Shown here: positions 21,170 to 32,605 of the stretch, in pieces
Position numbering within the stretch: position 1 is the stretch's first letter
Layout of the letters: the number at the start of each line of letters is the position of its first letter
Origin: an uncultured Planctomycetota bacterium
GTDB taxonomy: Bacteria > Planctomycetota > Planctomycetia > Isosphaerales > Isosphaeraceae
Length of the DNA stretch: 64,000 nt
Reading direction: 5' to 3'
Assembly: GCA_963845755.1 (NCBI GenBank)
Contig: CAWJTV010000029.1
Location: forward strand, 96,001 to 160,000
Notes under the pieces: model-generated
Databases searched by the model: none
Told to the model about the DNA's origin: nothing
What the model saw: only the letters and a program-made list of their open reading frames with translations
Translations under genes and position numbers: made by a program

Positions 21170-21403
21170 CGGAACCCCCCTCGCTGGGCTTCATGAATGC
21201 TACCGGCTCCCCGACATTGTCTAACTCTCGAAATGCCGCACAGCGCAAAGACGCTCCCGAACCCATACAGATAACGGGACTCCTGCGATTTCTGCCGCTC
21301 GCGCGAAAGCCACCTTTTCCGTCGCGGCAATGCGCAGGTTGAACGGCACGTCCTTTTTGTCGCGCGAACGACCCTTGCCCGATTTGTGTCTTGAGGTATC
21401 CAT
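21162..21403 (-). CDS. Small ribbon-helix-helix (DUF1778-like) regulator; 3' end uncertain because of a frameshift (stop as read at 21221)
   Basis: MDTSRHKSGKGRSRDKKDVPFNLRIAATEKVAFARAAEIAGVPLSVWVRERL fits the RHH pattern; the shifted frame continues AAFRELDNVGEPVAF toward the DUF262 start. Confidence 0.7.
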
Positions 21404-21409
21404 AGCCCG

Positions 21410-21438
21410 ATTGTAACGCAATTCAATTTACAAGTCAA
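21410..21438 (-). promoter_or_regulatory. sigma70-type promoter, leaderless configuration
   Basis: Minus strand TTGACT-N17-TACAAT followed by CGGGCT then ATG (21403); no Shine-Dalgarno. Confidence 0.75.
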
Positions 21439-21450
21439 GCAAAAAATCTG

Positions 21451-21475
21451 ATTGTAACGCAATTTGCGTTACAAT
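21451..21475. promoter_or_regulatory. Perfect palindromic operator
   Basis: ATTGTAACGCAA-T-TTGCGTTACAAT; the 13-mer ATTGTAACGCAAT recurs at 21410-21422 over the -10 box. Confidence 0.7.
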
Positions 21476-21562
21476 TGGTGTGGGTAAAGAAAAACTCCGG
21501 CCGGCTGTTAGAAGCAACCAACCGGGGGTCAGACACATCCGGGTGGGAATCCGAATGGCTGT

Positions 21563-23015
21563 CTAGATGTCCGTTTCGTAAATCGCCCGCCAGTTTTCGG
21601 GGATCTGGACAAGCCACGTAGTTTTTGAGATCAAAGGGATATCGTTTCGGAGATTTCCTCAAGGCTCCTCCATCACGGATGTCACCGATGCCTTTTCCCT
21701 TCGCAGAGACGGTCTCACCGACGGACGCCCAGCGCGCTCAACTGGAGGGGCTGGTTCGTGCCAGGTCCACGCCCCAAGCCTTGGCCTTCCGCTGTCGCTT
21801 GATCCTTCGAGCTGCTGAGGAAGACCAGCCGACCAACCTCCAGATCGCCGCCGAGTTCCACTGCGATCGCCACACTGTGGGCGACCTGGCGGAGCCGCTA
21901 TCTGGTTCACGGTTTGGCCGGGGCTTCAAGATGCTCCGCGGTCGGGCCGACCGCGGAGCTTTTCCCCCCTCGGAACGGCTCGATGTGATCTCCTTGGCTA
22001 GCAGCACCCCGGGCCCACCGGATACCCCGGCCACGCGGTGGGCTCTCGATGACTTGGCGGCCGCCCTCATCAACCGGGCCGCCCATGACCGTGCCATGAG
22101 TCGCTCGACGATCTGGAGGACCCTGGACCAAGCCGATCTCAAGCCACACCGCAGCGTCTACTGGCTCAACAGCCACGATCCCGACTTCGACGCCAAGGCC
22201 CTGGCGATTTGCAAGCTCTACCTGGAAGCACCCGTGATGTACCAACGAGGACGGCTGCTGATCTGCTGTGACGAGAAGACGGGGATGCAGGCGTTGGGAC
22301 GGACTCATCCCACCCAACCGGCTCGGCCGGGCAAGCCCGCCCAGGCGCGAGCAAGACTACATCCGCTATGGGACACGGGCCTTGATCACCTCGTTCATCG
22401 TGGCGACCGGTGAAGTGATCGGCGATTTGGGACCGACCCGAACCAGTGTCGATTTCGCGGCGCATTTGGGACACGTCGCGGGCCAGTTCCCCGAAATCTT
22501 CGGGTGTGACTGGGTCGTGGACAACCTCAACACGCATTGGAGCCGGGACGTCTGCCGGCTGATGGCGGAACTCTGCGGTGTCCCGTTCGTGGCGGCGGAA
22601 TTGCGCACGGGCCGGCAACGGCGCACCTTCCTGACGGACCCGACTCACAAGCATGTATTTCATTTCACCCCGACGCATGGCTCCTGGCTCAATCAAGTGG
22701 AGTTGTGGTTCAGCGTGCTGACGCGACGGTTCCTCAGACACGGCGATTTCGCGTTCGATGGCGGATTTCGAGGCCCGGCTGCTCGGCTTCCTCGAGGACT
22801 ACAACCGGTCTCATGCCCATCCCTACCAGTGGACCTACAACGGGAACGCCGTTGGTTCGCGGGATTCCGTTCAGTCAGACACGTCGCCAACAACAGCAGG
22901 GACATGCCTGGTTCAGCCCACGGCCGCAACGGTTTCAACGGGACCTTTACCCTCCAAGGCCCTACAATCGACGACTCAAGAAAACTGGCTAAGAACTTAC
23001 GAAACGGACATCTAG
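21563..23015 (+). mobile_element. IS630 family insertion sequence
   Basis: Perfect 19-bp terminal IRs CTAGATGTCCGTTTCGTAA / TTACGAAACGGACATCTAG (TA in CTAG context); HTH part LAFRCRLILRAA, DDE part CCDEKTG, VVDNLNTH, FTPTHGSWLNQVELWFS; TTTTCCCCC slippery run near 21960 plus further frameshifts. Confidence 0.93.
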
Positions 23016-23177
23016 TAGTACTCCGTTAGATTTCCAGGCCAAAGGACGCGAGTCGGCTTTCACACAAGACTCATGGCATCGAGGCAATTTGATGCATCAA
23101 GTCTGCTTGATGTCATAAGTCATTATCCACAAATAGGTAACGTCAAAATGTCCTCTCGATCTAACGGAGTAGTACTA
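23013..23177. mobile_element. Putative 165-bp MITE abutting the IS630 right end
   Basis: TAGTAGTACTCCGTTAGAT (23013-23031) and ATCTAACGGAGTAGTACTA (23159-23177): 19-bp IR with one mismatch; AT-rich non-coding interior. Confidence 0.65.
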
Positions 23178-23326
23178 ACCCCGTCCCTCTCGGCGGGGTT
23201 TTCCTTAGACCCGTCGAATCCGGATAAAAGTGCAGAATCGCCTTCTGGACATTTATTCAGTAGTTTTCCGGGACAAAAGTGCAATGCCTCGAAAAGAGGG
23301 GGATTGGCAGTTGGAATCACGTGCAT

Positions 23327-23962
23327 TCAGCGTCGCGATGATGGGGAGCCCGCCCGGCGAGTGAGTACCAGTTCCATGATCAGCCGTTCCTTGCCGTCGG
23401 CGGTGGAGTTGTACTGACGATGAACGATACGTTCGGCCGATGTCCTCGATCCGGCTGACGGTCCGCGAGGGTGGCGGACCTGGCCCCTGGCCGTTGGCGG
23501 TGGCACGATCATCCAACGACTGGCTGAACAGGACGATCTGCTTTCCGTCGAATGGCTCGCGGCTCTGCCGGAACGACATCCGGGTCTGGCGAGAATCGGT
23601 CCAGACGGTGGTGAAGCGGCCCGTCTGAGGATCGAAGCCGGTGAGACCCAGCCCCGATGTCTTGCGGCCGTCCTGCTCGAAGACGAACTCCGACTGAAGG
23701 AACCGGCCGTCGTGGATCATCGTCTGGCGGCAGGTCCCCGGCGCCGGGACGGCGCGCCGCCGGATCGCGGATAGAACGTCTTGACGACGTCCCATTCCCC
23801 GACGAATGCCTCGAGGTACTTCTGGCCCGCCCCCGGACCGGACCGAAGCTCGTAAGCTGGACTGAGCATCTTTGCTCGCCTTGGGCTGCTGCACCGAACG
23901 GCACCGGCAGAACACGTCAACGTAGCGACCAAAATTACCGCCATCCGGTCACGGTATCTCAT
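23327..23962 (-). CDS. DUF1579-like secreted protein; several frameshifts
   Basis: PGAGQKYLEAFVGEWDV, MIHDGRFLQSEF, GLGLTGFDPQTGRFTTVWTDS, GKERLIMELVLTR. Confidence 0.7.
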
Positions 23963-24159
23963 GATCCAGGCCCTCCTTCTGGGCTCTCATTCTATCCTCA
24001 AACCCCGCTAAGCTCGATCGTTTCGCGTCGGTGCGATGAAGAACTCGGTCGGTCACCTTGGTCGGCTTGGGGTTTTCCACCCAAGGCCGAGATGGTAGAT
24101 TTTGATGGACTTTTGTTGAATACCGCTGTGGGCTCCTGATCGCGGAGGCGGGAATACGC

Positions 24160-26514
24160 ATGATGACCCGCTGGACGGCCTTCACCCTGATCCTCTTGAT
24201 CCCGCCCTGTTCGAATGCGTGGGCCGGCGGTGCCGGGTCAGACGACGACCCCGAGGACTTCTTCGAGCGCAAAGTCCGCCCGATCCTCGCGGGTACGTGC
24301 GTGAAATGCCACGGGCCCGTGAAGGCCAGCGGCGGGCTGCGAGTCGACTCGCGCGAGGCGATACTCAAGGGCGGTGAGACGGGGCCGGCGGTCGTGCCCG
24401 GCGACGCCGAAGAGGAGCCTCTTGATCCAGGCAGTCCAGCACGAAGACGAATCACTGGAGATGCCGCCGGGCAAGTGGCTGCCGGGTTCGGTGCGGGCCG
24501 ACCTCGCCGCCTGGGTCGCCGACGGCGCAAGGTGGCCGAAGCCGGTCCCGTCGACTCGGTCGATCTCCGGACAGAAACATTGGGCCTTCGAGCCACTGGG
24601 CGGCGTCGTTCCACCCGACGATCCGACCGGATGGGCCGAGCGACCGCTCGATCGGTTCATCGCATCTGGCCATCGTCATTACGCACTGCGACCCGCTCGC
24701 CCAGCCAGCCGCCAGGCGCTGATCCGCCGCGCCTTCCTTCGACCTGATCGGCCTGCCGCCGACTCCGGAGCGGGTCGAGGCGTTCCTCGCCGACAACCGC
24801 CCCGACGCCTACGAACGCCTGGTCGACGAATTGCTCGCCTCGCCCCATTACGGCGAGCGCTGGGGTCGTTACTGGCTCGACCTCGCCCGCTACGCCGACA
24901 CCGCCGGGGATAACTCCGATTACCCCATCCCCCAGGCGTACCTCTATCGCGATTACGTCATCGACGCGTTCAACGCCGACGTCCCTTATAACCGCTTCCT
25001 CCACGAGCAGCTCGCCGGAGATATCCTTGCCGCCGACGGCCCGCCCGGGGATTACGCCCGACAGGTCATCGCGACCGGTTTCATCGCCCAGGCCAAGCGG
25101 TTCGGAACGAACAAGCTGGAAGACATCCACCAGATCATCGAGGACACGCTGAACACGACCGGCCAGGTCGTTCTCGGCCTCTCGTTCCGATGCGCACGAT
25201 GCCACGACCACAAGTACGATCCGGTCACGTCGCGCGACTATTACGCCCTCTACGGCTTCTTCGCCAGCACGAAGTATCCGTTCGCAGGGGCCGAGGAATT
25301 GAAGAGCCCGAGCGACTTCGTGCCGCTGGTCCCCCCCGCCGAGGCGAAGATCCGCCAGTCGAAGCACGCCGAGGCGATCTCACAATTGAAGGCCAAGATC
25401 GAGCGGACCGATAACCCGACGAGCCTCAAGGCGCTGCGCGCGGAGCTGGCCCGCAAGGAGAAGGAGACGCCGATTGCCGGCGCACTCGTGGCCTATGCCG
25501 TCCGCGAAGGCCCAGCCGACCGATGCGAAGCTCCAGAAAGGCGGCGATCCGCACAACCTCGGCGCGGTCATCCCTCGCGGAGTGCCGAAGTGCCTCGACC
25601 CGAATCCTTCCCTGGCGATCCCCGAGGAGGCGAGCGGACGGCTCCAGCTCGCCCGCTGGCTGACCGAGGGTCCACCGCGCGCCCTGACCGCGCGGGTGAT
25701 GGTCAACCGGATCTGGCAGCACCACTTCGGCAAACCGATCGTGGCGACGCCGTCCGATTTCGGACTCCGCGGTACGCCACCGACCCACCCCGACCTACTC
25801 GACTGGCTGGCCCGTGCGTTCATCGACTCCGGCTGGTCGGTCAAGGCGATGCATCGGACGATCATGCTCTCGCGGACGTACCAGCTCGCCGCGGAAGGCG
25901 AGACGTCCAACGCCGAGACCGACACGGGCAACGCCTGGTACTGGCGATTCGACCGTCGTCCGCTCGATGCCGAGGCGCTTCGCGACACCCTCCTCGATCT
26001 CGCCGGCCGCCTCGACCGATCCCGACCTGGCCCCCACCCCTTCCCGGCCGCGACCTCCTGGGGATTCACGGCCCATCACCAGTTCAAGGCGGTGTATGAC
26101 TCGGATCACCGCAGCGTCTACCTGATGGTCCAGCGCCTCCACCCTCACCCGTACCTCGCGCTCTTCAACGGCCCCGACACGAGCCTGTCCACCGCCGTGC
26201 GCGACGACGCGTTCTTGCCACTCCAGGCCCTCTTCCTCTTGAATAGCCCATTCGTCCACGAACAAGCCGCACGGTTCGGGCGGTCGTTGATCGAACGGGA
26301 ACCCGACGCCAAGGAGCGAGTCCGCCTGGCTTACCTGCGCGCCTACTCGCGACCGCCATCGGGACAGGAAGCGGGCCGAGCATCCGACTACCTGCAGCGC
26401 TACGAGAAACTCCTCGCCGAGGAGGGCATCCCCGCCGACCGTCGAAGCCTGGAATCCTGGTCGAGCCTGGTCCGAACGCTGTTGGCCTCGAACGAATTCC
26501 TCTATGTTGATTAG
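24160..26514 (+). CDS. PSD1 and planctomycete cytochrome c domain protein (DUF1549/DUF1553); frameshifts
   Basis: FFERKVRPILAGTCVKCHG, HWAF, LLASPHYGERWGRYWLDLARYADT, CARCHDHKYDP, ARVMVNRIWQHHFG, PTHPDLLDWLA, LLASNEFLYVD. Confidence 0.92.
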
Positions 26515-26569
26515 ACGCAATCTCTCACCACGGTGACCGCGAACTGATGGAGAGAAGGATCGAACTCAT

Positions 26570-26720
26570 TCACCACAGAGTCACAGAGCACACAGAGAAC
26601 ACCAAGCTGCGTCGTAGTCCCCGAGCGCACGAGGAATCGTTTCCTCCCGCAACTTTGGACCGAAATGCAGTATTCATAGGATTTTCTGTATTCTCGGTGT
26701 TCTCTGTGACTCTGTGGTGA
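26570..26720. repeat. Inverted REP-like element (CACCACAGAG/CACAGAG family)
   Basis: TCACCACAGAGTCACAGAGCACACAGAGAA (26570-26599) vs TTCTCGGTGTTCTCTGTGACTCTGTGGTGA (26691-26720). Confidence 0.8.
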
Positions 26721-26757
26721 GTAATCCGAGTTAGACCGGTGACTGAGGACCTGCACC

Positions 26758-28134
<1,377 letters not shown>

Positions 28135-28178
28135 ACCGCGTACCGTAAGAAACGATCCGACAACAACATCCGGCCTTT

Positions 28179-28202
28179 GTAGGGTGGGTGAAACCCACCA
28201 GG
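28179..28202. repeat. Single GTAG REP copy
   Basis: GTAGGGTGGGTGAAACCCACCAGG, identical to the arm at 9052. Confidence 0.8.
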
Positions 28203-28243
28203 TATTCGCCCGATCTTGAACTCGGCAACCATGAGCGCCGAGG

Positions 28244-28608
28244 TCACGGTTGATAGAGCGGAACGCCCACGGCTTGGGCGGAGGCCTTGAGCGGGGCGTC
28301 GAGTGTGGCAATCGGCAGACCTTGCTGTAGCGCCAGCTCGAGATACGAAGCGCCGCATGAGGTCAGCCCGAGCGGGCGGTCAAGGCTGATGGTGTCGGAC
28401 CAAGCCCGTGCTTCGGTCTGACTGTCCAACACGACCGGCATCGGGGAGAGGTACGACAGCCACTTCCCGCTTCTCGACGGTCTCGGGCGGGACCAGCATC
28501 GCCACGGGATCGCCCCGATTGGTGATGAGAATCCGCTCCCCTTGGCCACCCGCTCGAGGAGCCCGCTGAGATGGGTCTTCGCTTCGAAAATGTGCCAGCG
28601 CTGGTCAT
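28244..28608 (-). pseudogene. Collapsed Phd/YefM antitoxin - VapC (PIN) toxin module
   Basis: FEAKTHLSGLLERVAKG.RILITNRGDPVAMLVP (Phd N-terminus) joined directly to WLSYLSPMPV...ASYLELALQQGLPIATLDAPL (PIN C-terminal half); the middle is missing. Confidence 0.75.
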
Positions 28609-28668
28609 GGGGCCTCCAGAGAGCGAGTTTACCAAAACTAGTTTATACTGCGCGTGGCCTCTGGGGAC

Positions 28669-28728
28669 ACTAACCCGAAGCGTGAGCGAGGGCGTCAAAC
28701 CGTTGCCTCGTTGACACTTCGGGTTGGT
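28669..28728. repeat. REP-like inverted repeat (AACCCGAAGCGT..GCGAGG family)
   Basis: ACTAACCCGAAGCGTGAGCGAGG ... CCTCGTTGACACTTCGGGTTGGT imperfect inverted repeat. Confidence 0.75.
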
Positions 28729-29355
28729 ATGGAATGTCTCATTTCTGACCGCGTGCGGTATATCATGGTCATCGGCCAATTCCGTTCCTCGTTCAGGAAT
28801 CCGTGGTCGGGATAGCCCCGAGGAACATCAGCGCCGGGTGTTTTGGATCCCCATTGCACCGGGCGGTTCGGGCCATGCGGCGTTCCACAGTCCCCCGCTC
28901 TTTTTTTTCTTGCAATTTTTTTATCTCCTGCCCAGATCGAGAGTTCGGAAGCGCAGATACCCCAGTTCGGCACTAGGTGCATTAACATTTTTTGAAAGTT
29001 GAGGCATCCTGATAGATAGGAAGACTTACCATGCCTTCAACCCATCAAGAAACCGGACCGGACCGTCCCGGGACTCGCTTGTCCCGAACTCGTTTCAGCC
29101 CAAAGAGATCGGCCACGGCGGCCCGTCGAAATGTTGTCACATTTATGCCAGCGCGTGCCGCGATCCGCGGTGGGCGATGTCCCTCTTCCGGCCGATGGCG
29201 AAGCGTTGATCTCCAAGGACTCCCGACTCCGATCCCTTTGCAACCCGGATCCTTCGCGATCGGAGGGTCAGGATGTTGCCCGCCGGCGACTTGCGTGGCA
29301 GACTGTGGGCTCTGCGGCGGTTCAGCGTGATCGGGCCTCAGGGAGAAGATGAGCC

Positions 29356-31476
29356 ATGAGACGAAGCACAGGCATCGCGATCGTTCTGACGGCGTTCGGG
29401 GCGGCTTCGGCCACACCCCTATCGAGGGCACAATCGCCCGCGGAGTTCGTGCAGACGGCGGCGTTCGCGGCCGCTCAACAGAACCAGGACGGCGGCTTCG
29501 CCGCCAAGGCCGGAGGGCCATCGAGCCTGGGTTCGACCAATGCCGGGCTGAGGGTCCTCCGCCACGTGGGGGGCTCGGTGCCGGACGTCCTGGCCTGCGT
29601 GAGGTATGTCAACTCATGCCGGACCGCCGACGGCGGATTCTCCGCCACGCCCGGCGGGAAGTCCGAGTTCATCACCACGGCCCTCGGCCTGCTGGCCGCC
29701 TCCGAGCTGAAGATCACCGACCCGAAGATGATCCGTGGGGCCGTCGCCTATCTGGGCCGGCACGCGCGGAGCTTCGAGGAGGTCCGGATGGCCGCGGCCG
29801 GGCTGGAGGCCATCGGCGTCGCCTCGCCCGATATCCCCAGGTGGTTCACCCAGATCCAGGACATGCGGAACCCGGACGGGACCTTTGGGGCGGGGCCGAA
29901 CCAGGCGTTCCTCACGGGCGGGGCGACCGCCGCGATCCTCCGGTTCGGCATGAGGGTCGACCGGCGCGAGGCGATCGTCGCGGCGATCAAGGCCGGACAG
30001 CGGCCCGAGGGCGGCTGGTCCAAGGATGACGGCCCGCCGGACCTGTCGAGCAGTTATCGCGTCATGAGGGCGATGTACATGCTTCGCGAGAGGCCCGACA
30101 TCGACCGGCTCATGGCGTTCGTCGCGAGCTGCCGGAAGCCGGATGGGAGCTACACGAGCACACCGGGGGGCGCCGGCGACCTCGGCGGCGCCTACCTGGG
30201 GACGATCCTCATCCACTGGACCCGACAGCTCCTCGGCCTGCCCGCGGTCGTCGAGACGGCCGGCTTTGCCCCGCTCGTCAACGGCGACCTGGCCGGTTGG
30301 GAAGGGGACACCCAGCTCTGGTCAACCCGGGACGGCGTGCTCATCGGCCGATCCCCGGGGCTGGATCATAACGAGTTCCTGGCCACCAACCGCGCCTACG
30401 GCGACTTCATCCTCTCGGTCAACTTCCGGATGCGCGACGGCAAGGGGAACAGCGGCGTCCAGTTCCGCAGCGTCCGGATCCCCGGGCACGAGATGAAAGG
30501 CTACCAGGCCGACCTCGGCGAGGGCTTCTCGGGCGCCCTGTACGATGAATCGCGCCGGAACATGGTCCTGGTCTACCCCAGGTCCGATGCGATCCGGACG
30601 CTGAACCGTTCCGACTGGAACCGATACGTCATCCGCGCCATGGGCGACCGGATCACGCTGACGCTCAACGGCCAGGACTCGGTCCGGGATTACCATGAGG
30701 CCGATTCGGGGATCGATCGATCCGGCCTCCTGGCCGTGCAGATCCATGCCGGCGGGCCGATGGAAATCCAGTTCCGAGACCTGATGATCCAGGCCCTGCC
30801 CACCCCCACGGCGGAGAATCCCAACCAACCCGGTTTCCACCTGCGGACGGTCAAGACCGACCAGGGCGATCGGAAATACACAGTCTACGTGCCCGAAGGC
30901 TACGACGGCTCGAAGTCCTTTCCCGTGATCCTGTTCCTCCACGGCGCCGGGGAACGCGGCGACGACGGGATCACCCCGGCCCAGGTGGGGCTCGGTCCGG
31001 CCATCCTCAATCGTCCGGGCGGCATTCCGGCGATCGTCGTGTTCCCGCAGGCGCGCCGCACCTGGTCGGCCGGCTCGCCCGATAGCATCGCCGCCCTCAA
31101 GGCCCTCGATGATGTCCTCGGCGAGTACAAGACCGAACGGAACCGTGTCATCTTGACCGGCCTGTCGATGGGCGGACATGGGAGCTGGGACCTCGCCACC
31201 GCGCAGGCCGACCGATTCGCCGCCGCCGTCCCGATCTGCGGGCCCGGCGAACCCGAGGCGGTCAACCGGCTCAAGGCGCTGCCGATCTGGACGTTCTGCG
31301 GTGACGCCGATCGCGATGAGACTGTGCTCAACCTTCGCTCCATGGTCGAATCTCTCCGGCGCGAGGGCGCCTCGGCTCGCCTTACCGAGTATCGCGGCGT
31401 CGGTCACAATAGCTGGGACCGTGCCTATAATAATCCTGAGCTGATCGAGTGGATGCTCGCCCAGCGACGGCCCTGA
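29356..31476 (+). CDS. Secreted multidomain protein: prenyltransferase/squalene-oxidase-like repeats + DUF1080 + alpha/beta hydrolase
   Basis: Signal peptide; QNQDGGF, CRTADGGF, RNPDGTF, QRPEGGW, CRKPDGSY repeats; GNSGVQFRS, GYQAD, QIHAG (DUF1080); LFLHGAGERG, TGLSMGG, HNSWD (hydrolase). Confidence 0.85.
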   Translation: MRRSTGIAIVLTAFGAASATPLSRAQSPAEFVQTAAFAAAQQNQDGGFAAKAGGPSSLGSTNAGLRVLRHVGGSVPDVLACVRYVNSCRTADGGFSATPGGKSEFITTALGLLAASELKITDPKMIRGAVAYLGRHARSFEEVRMAAAGLEAIGVASPDIPRWFTQIQDMRNPDGTFGAGPNQAFLTGGATAAILRFGMRVDRREAIVAAIKAGQRPEGGWSKDDGPPDLSSSYRVMRAMYMLRERPDIDRLMAFVASCRKPDGSYTSTPGGAGDLGGAYLGTILIHWTRQLLGLPAVVETAGFAPLVNGDLAGWEGDTQLWSTRDGVLIGRSPGLDHNEFLATNRAYGDFILSVNFRMRDGKGNSGVQFRSVRIPGHEMKGYQADLGEGFSGALYDESRRNMVLVYPRSDAIRTLNRSDWNRYVIRAMGDRITLTLNGQDSVRDYHEADSGIDRSGLLAVQIHAGGPMEIQFRDLMIQALPTPTAENPNQPGFHLRTVKTDQGDRKYTVYVPEGYDGSKSFPVILFLHGAGERGDDGITPAQVGLGPAILNRPGGIPAIVVFPQARRTWSAGSPDSIAALKALDDVLGEYKTERNRVILTGLSMGGHGSWDLATAQADRFAAAVPICGPGEPEAVNRLKALPIWTFCGDADRDETVLNLRSMVESLRREGASARLTEYRGVGHNSWDRAYNNPELIEWMLAQRRP

Positions 31477-31522
31477 CCGGCATTCGTGGTCGGCGGTCGG
31501 TTTGAGGAGGGGGGAGGCAACG

Positions 31523-32605
31523 ATGTATCGGCAAACGGAGAACCTGGGGCGAGGAATCCTGGCTCGGGCCACGATCCTCGCCCTGACCATCGCAATCATC
31601 CCACCGGCGATGGTCGGCTCGGTCGTATGGGGGCAAGAAGCGGCCCCCGCGTTCCTGGGGGCTTCCTCGGATATCCGGGACAAGGCCGGCCTGTTCGGCG
31701 CCGACGCGATCGCGTCGGCACGGAAAGACTTGTCGGCGATTGAGCGTGCCACCGGCGCGGCGACTATCATCGAGACGATCGACACGCTCGGGAACGAGTC
31801 CGCGGACAAGCTCGCGCTCAAAGAGGCCGAACGCTCGGGGATTCATGGGCTGTTCATTCTGATCGCCAAGAAGGAGAGGAAACTGGAGGTACTGGCCTCC
31901 CGCCACTATCGCGAGATCATGTCAGAAGACCACCGAGTGGCGATTCGCAAGGCGTTCTTCGAAGGCTTCCAGCACAAGGACTTCAATGAGGGACTGAAGC
32001 TGGGGGTGGCAGCGATCCGCAAGGTCGTGGCGGCCGCCCGCCATCCGGAAGCCCTCACCCGGTCGGGGACAACGGCGGGTGCCTCGGCCGGCTCGAACTC
32101 CGATTCGCCGCTGGTCGTGCGCAACCAGGTCCGGTTGACCCTTGCCGGCGCCCAGGCGATCCTGGCCGGCGCCGAAGCGAAGGCCCATGTGATGGGTCTG
32201 AAGTTCAACATCGCGGTCGTCGATGAGGGCGGTCACCTGCTCGCCTTCGAGCGGATGGACAGGGCGCGGCCGGCCAGCGCCTACACGGCCATGTCGAAGG
32301 CCACGACCGCCGCGACGTTCCGACAACCGACCGGGCCGATCCCGCCCGGCTCGGAGCATCCGGACCCCCTGCTAAACCTGGCCCTCGAACATGCGGCGGC
32401 GGCCAGCGGCGGTAAGATCACGACCCTCCGCGGCGGCTTGCCTATCGTGATCGACGGCCAGGTCATCGGCGGGGTGGGGGTCGGCGGCGGTTCCGGCGAG
32501 CAGGACAGCCAGGTTGCCCAGGCGGGCTTCCAGGCGTTCTCCGATCGGATTGCCGCGCACCCAGGCGCACCCGCACCCGCACCCACTGGCAATGCTCGGC
32601 CTTGA
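31523..32605 (+). CDS. TPM domain + GlcG/HbpS (DUF336) heme-binding domain fusion
   Basis: IRDKAGLF...GLFILIAKKERKLEV (TPM); NIAVVDEGGHLLAFERMD, KATTA, GGLPIVIDGQVIGGVGVGG (GlcG); GGAGG RBS. Confidence 0.85.
   Translation: MYRQTENLGRGILARATILALTIAIIPPAMVGSVVWGQEAAPAFLGASSDIRDKAGLFGADAIASARKDLSAIERATGAATIIETIDTLGNESADKLALKEAERSGIHGLFILIAKKERKLEVLASRHYREIMSEDHRVAIRKAFFEGFQHKDFNEGLKLGVAAIRKVVAAARHPEALTRSGTTAGASAGSNSDSPLVVRNQVRLTLAGAQAILAGAEAKAHVMGLKFNIAVVDEGGHLLAFERMDRARPASAYTAMSKATTAATFRQPTGPIPPGSEHPDPLLNLALEHAAAASGGKITTLRGGLPIVIDGQVIGGVGVGGGSGEQDSQVAQAGFQAFSDRIAAHPGAPAPAPTGNARP

Noticed and set aside
23123..23131. Perfect DnaA box TTATCCACA as oriC
   Set aside because: Single box inside a probable MITE; no box cluster or dnaA/dnaN context.
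23109..23134. dif-like site (GATGTCATAA...TTATCCACAAAT)
   Set aside because: The spacer between the arms is 4 nt rather than 6, and the XerD arm matches poorly.
29031..29330. 99-aa ORF after an AT-rich promoter-like region
   Set aside because: No recognisable motif and an Arg/Pro-rich composition typical of non-coding frames; cannot be supported.
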